The translations under genes and the position numbers were made by a program. From the NCBI GenBank assembly GCA_010405405.1, contig MU004232.1, positions 2,611,038 through 2,675,037 on the forward strand: a stretch of 64,000 bases of DNA. The letters run 5' to 3'. The first letter of the stretch is position 1; each line of letters begins with the position of its first letter. Below the pieces are notes generated by a model. The model did no database searches. It was given only the letters and a program-made list of their open reading frames with translations, and was not told the DNA's origin. The stretch is from Microthyrium microscopicum. Taxonomy: Eukaryota. Shown here one piece after another: positions 39,637 through 50,233 of the stretch.

Positions 39637-41994
39637 ATGGTCGCAAGATTTGGCTCCAGAATTGGGCGTCAAGTAAGACATTTCCAGACCAGTTCGAGCA
39701 CGAAGCTGGGACGCTATGAGGATTCAATACCAAATCTGCTCATTGGAAAAGATACTCGTGTGATCTTTCAAGGCATTACTGGTCGCGTGTCAACGTCTAA
39801 TGCACAGGCGTCTATAGCCTGGGGAACGAATATTGTTGGTGGCACCAAACCTGGTTTTGATGGTCGTCATGAAGTGCTGGATATACCAGTACTGCCTACT
39901 GTTCGCAAAGCAGTCGAGGAACTCAAGCCAAATGCGACGGCAGTCTTTGTCCCTGCCGATACGGCGGCTGCGGCTATCATCGAGGCCATCGAGGCGGAAG
40001 TGCCACTGATTGTTGCTGTCGCGGAACATATCCCTCTCCACGATTTGCTTCGAGTGAGTGCTGGATATTCGTATCAATGGAGGACTGAAGTTCTGACAAT
40101 AGTAGGTTCATGAAGTCTTGGCCACGCAGTCAAAATGCCGACTTGTTGGCGCCAACTCGCCCGGTATTATATCCGCCATGGGGCACTGTCGAATAGGTTT
40201 CCAGCCACTGGCATCGTATTCGCCTGGTCCTGTCGCCGTTGCTGCAAAGTCAGGCACGCTGAGCTACGATGCAGTCACTTCACTGACCGATGTTGGCATT
40301 GGGCAGAGTCTCTGCATTGGTATTGGTGGTGATGTGGTCGCTGGCACTGATATGGTTGACGCACTGAAAACCTTTGAGCTGGACTCGGAAACTGAAGCAA
40401 TAATATTAATTGGTGAAATTGGAGGAACCTCAGAGCTCGAAGCTGCTGACTGGATAAAGGAGTATCGACAGAGAGTATCCGATCCCAAGTGAGTAGAAGA
40501 CTGCGCAATGTTATTGAAGAAACTAACAATCAGACCCATTGCGGCTCTTGTAGCAGGTCTCTATGCCGTTCCTAGGAAGGTAATGGGACATGCGGGTGCT
40601 TGGGCGGGCCCAGGAGAACCAACGGCAGAAGAGAAGTGGAAGGCATTAGAAAATGCCGGCGCCACTATGGTAGGCAAGTTACCCTGTGTGGATTCTATTT
40701 TGATCCTGCTATTTTCGAATGGCGGTGGGGAGAGTGTTGTTTTAAGGCGTCTTATAATGGTCTTTGAGCCCATTGTCACTGCTTCCCAGATGGGAAGAGT
40801 GTTGAAAAGGATGCATAACAGGTGACAATTGAGGTGAGCATTCAGACTAACGAGTGCTCAGATCATACTGCCAAATTTGGCAATGTAATGAAAGGACTAC
40901 TCGCCTCCAAAGGAAGCTTCACTGGCCAAAAGAAGGCCACAAACCAGAGCATGTCGTTTCATACCGCAACACGACGACCAGGACTGGATCTGACAAAGCC
41001 TGAGAGCAACAAGCAACAAACGAGGTCTTTTCATTTAGCGCCGGAGCAGTCTACAGAACTACTCAAAGAGCAGGACGTTACAGTATCTTCTCTAAAGCCT
41101 GTCAGGGGAGCCCACACATTAATGATCACAGTGGACAGAACAGCCAGAAGTCCATGCATACTCGTCGCTCCAAACGGCAGCCTTACAAACATTAAACGCT
41201 ACTCATTTCCATATACCCAAGGTCCAAGCAAACAATCTATTGTCTTTGCACTCAAGCACTTGGGCGAATATGAGAGCGCAACAGACGAAACAAAAGTTGA
41301 ATTCACACAACTAATACAAAGCCTATGGACGCTATTCCGCGCTCACGAAGGCGTTTCTCTATCACTATCACTATCAATAGCACCCGATTTTGATCCCTCA
41401 GAAGGCAATTTTATAATATCAAATCCACAATTTGTTTGCGACGATGCTGGTTTCCGCAGCGCGAAACGCCATACTCCGGAAATACAAGATCAACATGCCA
41501 GTCTCTTCGCTGGACAGGACAGGTCTAAGTTGGACCAGAGTGAAATGGAGGCTGCAGAGCAAGGAATGGTGTATATTCCGGTAAACCTCGGATCAGGACC
41601 ATTCGTCGGCACGCTGGTCAATGGTGCTGGACTGGCATTGAATACTATTGACAGTTTGGTTGCGCGTGGCATATCTGTGACCAACTTTCTGGACACTGGC
41701 GGAAAAGCGACTGGTGCAACTATCAAGTCGTGCATGGAGTTAATTCTCCGAGATGAGCGGGTTAAAGTGGTGTTTGTCAACATCTTTGCGGGTGTGTTAC
41801 TGTGCGACAAGTTGGCGGAGGGACTGTTGGAGGCAGTTGATGAGTTGGCCCCCAAAGCGCCGATTGTGGTTCGGTTGAGAGGAACTCGCGAGATTGAAGC
41901 TCAAAAGGTCATGCAGGCAGGGAGAAAGGGGGTATACAGTGAACGTGACTTTGAGAAGGCCGTTGAGAAGGTGAAGCAGTTGTTAGCCGCGTAG
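39637..41994 (+). CDS. Succinyl-CoA synthetase-like alpha/beta fusion protein with mitochondrial presequence
   Basis: Alpha motifs VIFQGITG, VGGTKP, LVGANSPG, AKSGTL, IGEIGG, MGHAGA (phospho-His); beta motifs LVNGAGLA, NFLDTGG, FVNIFAG, PIVVRLRGT; introns ~40054-40105, 40489-40533, 40674-40861. Confidence 0.85.
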
Positions 41995-42431
41995 CAATGA
42001 TACACTGCTTCAGAGATGATATCTCGCCCAGCAATTGGGAGACATTTCATTTCAATCAAAAGATGGCGGGAGCTTTGCTGAGAACCTCCGTCACGATTTA
42101 TGCTGAAGTCGTTCTCATCTTTGCTAATTTAATTTAAGCCTTCAGAGCTCTGCGCTAATAGGAACCCATATTCTCCCACAGTACCAAAGTTCAACTTAGC
42201 TCCCACGATCATTTCAAATCCATGGTTCACCAAGTACAGACTGCCAGAAACACATTAGAGAAAAACACATTTGTAATGTGTGCCTAGCGGATCAACCAGA
42301 ACTGCCTTTTCTATATGCCTCCCACCGTCTTCGATATTACCCAAAGCTCACTTACCAGCCGTCCAGTCTGATTTAGCTCTTCCCTTATCACGAATAGTAG
42401 CAAGTATTCTTTGTAGTAGTTGCCAGAGTAG

Positions 42432-43919
42432 ATGGCTCAGGCTCAGAAAGCTCTCTTGGAGCTGGGAGATTTGCCCCCGGAGCTAATCATGGAGATTCAA
42501 GGTCATCTCGGCCACTGCGATGCCGTTGCTTTAGCACTCACTTGCAGAGGATTCTACACGTAAGTTATTTCGTTAAGCAGCCTTATTTGCCTTAAAAGAC
42601 CAAATATTGTGTTGGTTCGCGTTATCCTCGATGGTGGTACTATCTTCATGCTCTCACTGCGTTTAACCCATTTCCAAAACACGCCCGAGCTAAATAGTCA
42701 CAGGATATCAAATCGCTTGATGGAGGACCTACGAAAAGATAAGGCTCAGAAATGGGAGCTCCTTTCTCGCCTGAACCCCATTCCAGGTAGGTTATCACTG
42801 CTCAAGATGACTTATTTACAGTAAAAGCGCAATGAGTTCCAAAAGCGCTTTATGTTGAACAAAGCTGCAGTTTCTAGGGAGAAATCCATAAAATTGATCG
42901 TGCAACGCTAAAATATCTTAGGAATGTTTCTTTGTCAATTTGACATCAAGTTCCATCCTACTGGCTCCCAAAAATCTATAAGGCATCAAGAACGTTCCAA
43001 GTCCTTAGGTTGTATACGCAAGAAACACCTTGAATACGGGCATTGGCTGGGCAGCGATAACTTTGAACTTTTATTAATGGATGCCTATCAGCTACTCGAT
43101 CGCCATCTCTATGGACCTGACTTTGGCATATCAAGCTCTCAAATCGGGTTGACGTCGATTTGGAGAGAAATGATCAACGAGAAAGGCTACATGAACCCGA
43201 AATCGTGGACGATAGTCAATCCTTTGAAAGTTCATTTTCACAAGATGGAGTTTGAGCATCTAGCCAAACACAAGGAATTACAAGTCCATATAATTAAGCA
43301 CTTATGGTATCCGGCCGGAAGACGGATGGATGTCCTGGCAGATTTGGAGCACCGAAAACATGTCGACTGGATTGAAACTGACGCAGCCTTTGGATGTCTT
43401 CTTGGATGTCATCATTGTGCAGTTATGCCTCAAAGAGATAAGTTTTGGGACGCTTTCTATCAGCACGTGAGAGCAAAAACGCCATGGTTGAGAAAAGCGA
43501 AGACGGTCTGGGTGGACTGTGATGCCTGTCCCGCTCGTCATGCTTACACAGTTCGCAATCACGGCGAATTGGGACTCGAAATTATTATAGATCTATATAT
43601 GAATATGGGGTCATGTAAGATCGACGAAATGAAGGATACATGCTGGTTTGAGGTCAGTATAATCCCTAAGAATTCATGAACATTTCAGATGCTAACAGCT
43701 GGATAGTCATATCTGTATTCGCGTCTTCATAAAGAGCCTATTGTCTTTTCAGGAGTACCAAATGCGCACGACTTTTCGATTCCGGCAGGGTTAAGTCAGA
43801 TACATCATTCATCTGGTGTTCCCGTTCAGCAGCGCTTCCTCTGGCTTTACAAACAACAATCATGGATCACAAAGCTTAAAGAATTTCATACACGGACTCT
43901 GAAAATTCAGCATCAATGA
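42432..43919 (+). CDS. F-box domain protein
   Basis: LGDLPPELIMEIQGHL..ALALTCR; introns ~42560-42703, ~42787-42921, ~43652-43706; stop TGA 43917-43919. Confidence 0.72.
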
Positions 43920-44505
43920 GCAGCTGGGCGGTATATTTGGCCGCCAGAGTGGTCAGGTCGCTGGCTTAGGATACACCGATGCCAACAAGTCAAAAGTTGT
44001 CCACTAGGCCGAGGACATAGGTAGTTAGATATGCCATACGTCGTACTTTCACGTCGCACTTCTTCTCTTGCTGACCTTTGTCTTTTCTTTCTATCTTCAA
44101 TACCAAGACCCTAGACTTCTTAACTTCAACGTACTCAAAGTTAAACTCTGCTGGGTCACCAAGACTATCATTTCACTCTGTGGCCACTGTTGGCTCCGCT
44201 CCCTAAACCTTGTTCTGCACAGCTGGGCGCAAAGTTGAACATTCAAAGAAGTTGAAAACTGGGATGGAAGTACGTACTCGGCCTCTCTGCGAAGCAAAAG
44301 TTTGGAATGCTCAGGAAGCGTAGGATGAGGCTGTCCAAGCCATTTCTTGACCATCCTCCCCGCCATTGTCGCGGCATTTCACTAGAGGAAAATCTATTGT
44401 GGAAGCTTGTGCATGATTGTCAATGACGAGAGGCCTTAGTGCTCATTGGGCTACGTGATGTATACATGCTCGATTCAATTGAGATGGGTACGCCAGCCAT
44501 TTCGA

Positions 44506-46143
44506 CTAGAGATCTGGATCCTCTACCACTGACATGTTCTGCAGTTCCCATTGCAAAGGAAGGTCTGGATTGCGTTTCTCAATCGCATCTTTGACTCGTA
44601 ACATCGAGTACCGCGCCCAATTCAAGATAATGGCAAGCTCAATGCAATATTCCACCTGCATGCCTGGCTCGCTAAAATCGACAAATGCTAGAGTTCGGAA
44701 ACTACCTGTCGTAGGCTCATGGGCAATGACACCAACAGTAGTCTTCACTATCAAAAAGCCAAAGACAGTGGGCGGATCAATAAGAAATTCTTGCCCATCC
44801 GCGCCCTTCACAGTCAGCTTTGAGATAAGGTCTGATGACATCTCATGTAGTCGATCATGGAGCTTTTGCGATAGATTTTCGGTCTCTTCCAGTGTCATGC
44901 GACCTTCCTCTGCTGCATCAGCCAAAGGTTTTCGATATCGTCTCCACACCGTTGCAACAAACTCGGGGTGGTATGTTGGAGTGGGCTCAAGAGTTCCGGG
45001 AAGTCCTTTGATTCCGACATCGCGATACACCCAACACATGTAATCTCGAATGGCGCGTCGTACGACCACTTCTGGTGTACGAGGAGTGTATCTCTTCTCA
45101 TCTTCCATTCTCAGGCCAGTATCGACTTTCATGCCAACTTTGCAAAGCCTCTGAAACGCTAGTCTGGCTGCTGAGTCTCCATATATCTCTTTGCAAATAT
45201 CATTTTCGTGAGACCCTCTGAGTAAGGCGTGGAAGAAAGGCTTGCTCTGCCAGGGTGCGAAGTAGTGCTCAGGGAAGAGTTGAAAGTCGGTCTTCCAGCC
45301 TAGAGGGAACAGAGGCTCATATCTCTTGCGCAGAAGCTTGAGATATATCATGATGGTGTCGTTGGCCCAACCGTTTCGGACCAATTCCTCAAGCCTTGAG
45401 ACTTGTAGCCGATACATGTCTTGGTGACTCATTACTGGTTCTGGCTCTGTTGCTTGCACGCTGCCATCGAGCAGGTCTCGAGTTACCTGACTGGGCATTA
45501 CACTGGGCGGAATGGTAGACTCTAGTCCGTCTCCAGCTTCAATTGAGCCCGCGACAAATTCCAGCTCCTGATTAAGGCCAAAATCATGTCGGTCGGATTC
45601 AGCTTTGATAGCAACTTGGCCCTCATCATCTTCGTCGTCGCTATTATCACCATCCCAGTGTGGTCTCATACCCATCTGCGAAGATACTGCTCCTGGCTGA
45701 GACTGCATACTTGGGCCCTCAATGCTTTGAATCACGCCGGAAACATCAACATCCCACGGCTCCACAGACTGCGATCCGCCCTCCTGAGGAAGTATTTCGC
45801 GACGAGCTTTGGCAAGCACAGTGGAAAACACCTGGTCGGCAGAAGAGTAGCCGTCCATCTTAAAAGTTTTCACTACTTCTGTGTCCTCTATATCTTCGGG
45901 TAATTCTATAGCCTCATCAAGGTCCATGGCTGTATCGTATGACATGTTGCGCTGTTTCTTGTTCTTGCGCTCAACAGGACTCGTTGTGTCGCCTGGACTG
46001 GTTGTGGAGCGATCAGTGAGTCCGGGTGTGGATGTTGGAGAACTGCTGCGAGGTCGTTTAAGAGATGTTTCCGGATTTTGAGGAGAGGGAACAGCCCTTA
46101 AGAGGCCCTTCAGCTTGTTGGCGAGTCTCGGGAGGAAAGACAT
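44506..46143 (-). CDS. Hypothetical protein (disordered N-terminus, folded C-terminal half)
   Basis: Intronless ORF of ~545 aa from MSFLPRL; YEPLFPLGWKTDF..FP segment; function unknown. Confidence 0.75.
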   Translation of the reverse strand: MSFLPRLANKLKGLLRAVPSPQNPETSLKRPRSSSPTSTPGLTDRSTTSPGDTTSPVERKNKKQRNMSYDTAMDLDEAIELPEDIEDTEVVKTFKMDGYSSADQVFSTVLAKARREILPQEGGSQSVEPWDVDVSGVIQSIEGPSMQSQPGAVSSQMGMRPHWDGDNSDDEDDEGQVAIKAESDRHDFGLNQELEFVAGSIEAGDGLESTIPPSVMPSQVTRDLLDGSVQATEPEPVMSHQDMYRLQVSRLEELVRNGWANDTIMIYLKLLRKRYEPLFPLGWKTDFQLFPEHYFAPWQSKPFFHALLRGSHENDICKEIYGDSAARLAFQRLCKVGMKVDTGLRMEDEKRYTPRTPEVVVRRAIRDYMCWVYRDVGIKGLPGTLEPTPTYHPEFVATVWRRYRKPLADAAEEGRMTLEETENLSQKLHDRLHEMSSDLISKLTVKGADGQEFLIDPPTVFGFLIVKTTVGVIAHEPTTGSFRTLAFVDFSEPGMQVEYCIELAIILNWARYSMLRVKDAIEKRNPDLPLQWELQNMSVVEDPDL

Positions 46144-46656
46144 GATGGCAGAAGATTTGCTGTGATGAAGCTGAATTGGTGTTGGAACACAGAAGATAGC
46201 AAACTGGCAAGCGTGGCAATTTGGTGTCAATCGCCAGTGTTGAACCACAAAGGAAGGACGAGTAAGCTAACGATGGTGGTTGAGTTTGACTTGAAAGAGT
46301 GTGTGGTCAAAACTACTGTTGGGGATGGAACATGTTGGACGAATATTCAGCCGCCTTGAAAGTGTCCTGAATAGGCTACAATGAGGGTGCCAACTTCCTA
46401 GCATAGCAAGAGTGATGATGAGATATGCAAGGTCTCATTGAGCCTGGGCTACTTGAGCCTGCTTCTAACGAATGTTCAGCTGTGATTAGACAGACTCCCA
46501 TTGATCGTGTGACATTCTTTGAAGTTGAAGGCCATTGATAGAGGGCGCAGTAATAAACTGCAGGATGAGAGATGATGTTGGGAAGTCCCAAAGAGGAACT
46601 CGCGATAGACATTCGAGTTTGGGATAGAGCATGATCCCTGCACATACTGGTAATTC

Positions 46657-46676
46657 GATAAGATAAGATAAGATAG
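46657..46676 (+). promoter_or_regulatory. Tandem GATA motif array upstream of the DUF4202 gene
   Basis: GATAAGATAAGATAAGATAG ~90 nt upstream of ATG 46763. Confidence 0.4.
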
Positions 46677-46762
46677 TTTCTACATCAGTTCACTATCTCG
46701 ACTTGACTCCTTTTCTTTCGCCTCTATTCTTTCGTATCTCGTACATCGCACTTAATTGAATT

Positions 46763-47347
46763 ATGTCAGCACCTTATGGTAAAGCTCTAGAAGCAATTGA
46801 TGCTGCCCACGCCGAGGACCCCAAGAAGATTACCAAAGATGGCCAAGAGATACCATACGAGCTACACTATGCGCGCAAAATGAGCCATTATCTGGATCTA
46901 CGACAACCAAACGCATCTCCGGTCCTACGCCTAGCCATTCGAGCACAACATCTGCGACGCTGGGAGGTACCTCGCGACTCTTACCCACTAGGCAAAGTTG
47001 GTTACTACTCCTGGCGAACTTTTCTCAAGAAACGACAGGCCGACATTGCCCAGCAGATCTGTATCGATGCTGGCATGAGCAAAGAAGAAGCTGAAGGTGT
47101 AGCTGCTTTGATAAGGAAAGAAGACTTGAAAAGCAATGATGAGACAATGATCCTAGAAGATGTTGCGTGTCTCGTGTTCCTGGACGATCAGTTTGACGAC
47201 TTTAAGGACGAGTTCGACCAGGACAAAATCATTGCTATTGTTAGAAAAACATGGGTCAAGATGACTGAAAAAGGACATGAACTGGCACTTCAAATACCCA
47301 TGACTGAGGCATCCAAGGGCATCATTGGAAAAGCATTACAATCCTGA
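46763..47347 (+). CDS. DUF4202-family protein
   Basis: AIDAAHAEDP, ELHYARKM, AIRAQHLRRWEVPRDSYP, LEDVACLVFL, KTWVKM. Confidence 0.88.
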   Translation: MSAPYGKALEAIDAAHAEDPKKITKDGQEIPYELHYARKMSHYLDLRQPNASPVLRLAIRAQHLRRWEVPRDSYPLGKVGYYSWRTFLKKRQADIAQQICIDAGMSKEEAEGVAALIRKEDLKSNDETMILEDVACLVFLDDQFDDFKDEFDQDKIIAIVRKTWVKMTEKGHELALQIPMTEASKGIIGKALQS

Positions 47348-47728
47348 CTAGACTTTTCAAATCTCGATAGAAAGTCGTCATGCTGCGATATGTTATATTG
47401 GGAGAAACGGGAGCTCGGCTCGTACAATGTCTATCACTTTGCCCACCACTCCTGGGACAATTACTGTCACAACATCTTGATAGGGCATACGAAGTTACTG
47501 CCTATTTTTGATCGAAATTGCTTGGCAATCCATCGGAATTTCGAAACTGAGATCATCTGCTAAGAGATCCATTTTGACGTCATTTTACAAGGATGGCTTT
47601 CAGCCTTAAAATCAATCGTGTGTCCACATGCACCACGCATCATAGAATTCCCCCACCAAGCACAATCCAATACTTTCCATCAAAATCAATCAATAACACT
47701 CAACTTCGAACTTCTATCACACCTCAAA

Positions 47729-48172
47729 ATGTCTGAACTAGCACAAGACCAGAAGCACGCCAGCAAGCAGGAGAATCAGGATGCAGAGCGATTTCACGAA
47801 GGCACATCCAACAGTCACCAAGCCAATGACTCCAGTTCGTTAGATCTATAACTCCCTGTACCGCGCCCCACCTAACCATGCCACAGAGGACAGCCGAAGC
47901 ATAGCCAACAAACTTGCGGCAGCTGAGCACGAGGAGGCGAAAGACGATCCCAAGAGCCGAGAGAAGAAACTTCTTGACCAAGACGCCACCCTACCAGCGA
48001 AAGCTCATGGCAACAAGCCAAGCAGAGGTGCCGAAATTGACCAGGAGATCCGCGAGGAGGAGGAAGCCATACTCCAGAAGAAAGGTGTGAAGCGAGCATC
48101 AGCTGTTTATTCAAATGTTGCTGCCATGCCCCAGATCTAACTTTGACCTCAGACGCCCAAGGCAAACACTAA
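47729..48172 (+). CDS. Small hydrophilic fungal protein (hydrophilin-like)
   Basis: Spliced (introns 47835-47886, 48085-48152): MSELAQDQ..SHQANDSKDSRSIANKL..PAKAHGNKPSRGAEIDQEIREEE..QGKH*. Confidence 0.82.
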
Positions 48173-48381
48173 ATACGCAGCGGTTCCGAACAGATGATGA
48201 CACTGTATGAGTAAAGAATAAAGATTACCCGATTCGCATAATACTCTCGATCGATACGATGTGGCACTTGTGAGATTCGCGAGGTTTACAAGCTCTTTCG
48301 GAGCCGTGAAAAGGAAAACTCTATTGTATCATCCAACTAGATTCTATGTACAGACAGCTGTCACCTGCCATTCAACCCTGT

Positions 48382-49463
48382 CTATGCAGGCTTTTTATAC
48401 AAATGATTCGGTCCAGCCTAGATCTCGTTAGAAATGCTCCTCTCACTCGAATATACTATGACTTACCTGATGACTCGGAAACACCAACGTATCAGCAATA
48501 ACCACATTCTCCCTCCTCCCCGCCGCAAACACAATAACCTCCGCAATATCCTCCGGTGTCAATGGCTCACAATTTCTATCCACCATTAGCCCCAGCCCCT
48601 AAATTACCCAATTCATATCACTTACGCATAAACCGCATCAGCTTTCGCCTTATCCCCATAAAATCTCACCACACTGAAATCCGTCTCCACCTGTCCCGGA
48701 TCAATCTCAATCACCCGAATCCGCGTCGCAATCGTCTCCTTCCTCAACGCATCCGTAAACGTCCGCACCGCACTCTTTGTCGCACAGTAGATGCTGCCAC
48801 CTGTATAGCCTTCGCGCCCGGCTATGCTGCCAATGTTGATGATGTCGCCAGCTCCACCGTTAGGCCGCGTTTTGTAGATTTCGAGCACGGCTTGGGTCAT
48901 GGCGATGAGACCAGTTACGTTTGTGGCGAACATTACTGCTATGTCGGAGGGGGATATGGAGGGGGCTTGGGCAATGCCTTTTACTAGACCACTTTATGGT
49001 TTGTTAGTGGTATGGGAGGGAAATGGCGGAGTGGGAGGGCGCACGCGTTGTTGACGAGAATGTCAATGTCTTTGAATTCGGCGGGTAGATTTGGAATGAA
49101 TTGCTGCACTTCTTCGACTTTGCTGACATCGAGTTGGACGGGTAGGACTTTGACGCCATCGCCGACTTCTTTGGCGATGTCTGCAGCGACTTGTTTCAGG
49201 ACGTCGAGACGGCGGGCTGTTAGGATGAGTTTGAGGTTCTTGGGACTTGTTTTTGCGAATTCGAGGGCTGTACTGCGACCAATTCCTGAGCTGGCGCCGG
49301 TGATTACGATTGTCTTGCCTTCGAGCCGTTTGCCCATTGCGGAAGCCATATTGCGTTTGAGGAGTCGGTTGACGGTCACTGAGCGATTGAGCAAGAGGTA
49401 AGGGTTCAGTGGGCAATTGAATGTGGCAGAAAGAAGAGTTCTGGTGGTGCGAATAAGATGCAT
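48382..49463 (-). CDS. SDR oxidoreductase, NADP-dependent 3-hydroxy-acid/serine dehydrogenase type (YdfG/YMR226C-like)
   Basis: ITGASSGIG, LVNNAG, NIGSIAG, YCATK, EIDPGQVETDFS; three introns; second Met at 49349. Confidence 0.92.
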
Positions 49464-49892
49464 TCGTTATTGGATCTGATCTCACGACGATGGCAGTTCC
49501 TGGCTCTTCTCATTGCGTGCTCAGTCGTCAAAAGCACCCCCGCTCAGCGGCTCCGCTTAGTAGGATTTATCTCCGCGATAGTGGGATATATCTCCAGCCG
49601 ATTGAAGATGTGCAAAACAAGGTAGCAAGAAACCTCTGCTCTTGGCTAGAACATCACGAGCTGAATCCATTGAGCCAGTCAGCGGAAGCCTTAAAATCAT
49701 TTCCGGTCTTCCCGTGCACCTGATAGGACCAAAAATTCGAGATCCTTCTCCGCCACACCAGAAAGTTGCACCGCCACACATGACGTCGAGCATAAAATCC
49801 TCCATATCAGGCTGCGATCAACCGCAACTTTGACATTCACCAGTTACACACATCACGTCCAATTCTTCCAACAACAACTCAAATCTACAATC

Positions 49893-50090
49893 ATGGGTCT
49901 ACCAACAGAAAGCACAACCCTGAAGGAAGCCCAAAAGCAAGCCTCCGAAGCCATGTCAGCAGCAAGCCAAACACAATCCTCCACTCAAACCCACGGAACA
50001 CAAACCAAGACCAAGGAAGAGCTTGAAGCCGAGAAACGCTACGAAGAAGCAATGGAGGACGAATACGCCAAACGTGAAGGCGGAGCCTAA
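49893..50090 (+). CDS. 65-aa fungal microprotein ending YEEAMEDEYAKREGGA
   Basis: Good start context (ACAATCATGG), biased codon usage, C-terminal motif I recognise from small fungal hypothetical proteins. Confidence 0.8.
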   Translation: MGLPTESTTLKEAQKQASEAMSAASQTQSSTQTHGTQTKTKEELEAEKRYEEAMEDEYAKREGGA

Positions 50091-50233
50091 ACAACACCAC
50101 CAGCATCACCACCTAGCATCACTATACCCCTTAGTCTGGAATGAAATGAACTTAATGCCTCTATATTGGGGTATCTATCCGCCTCTATGCTCGTGAAATG
50201 TGAATTCTCCTCCATCTACTTTTTCGTACATGT

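Noticed and set aside
40811..40861. Recursive or stwintron splicing at CATAACAG|GTGACA
   Set aside because: The putative branch site abuts the AG and the second intron would be only 40 nt
41992..42000. TAG CAA leaky stop context at the end of the SCS fusion
   Set aside because: A second stop (TGA) follows after one codon
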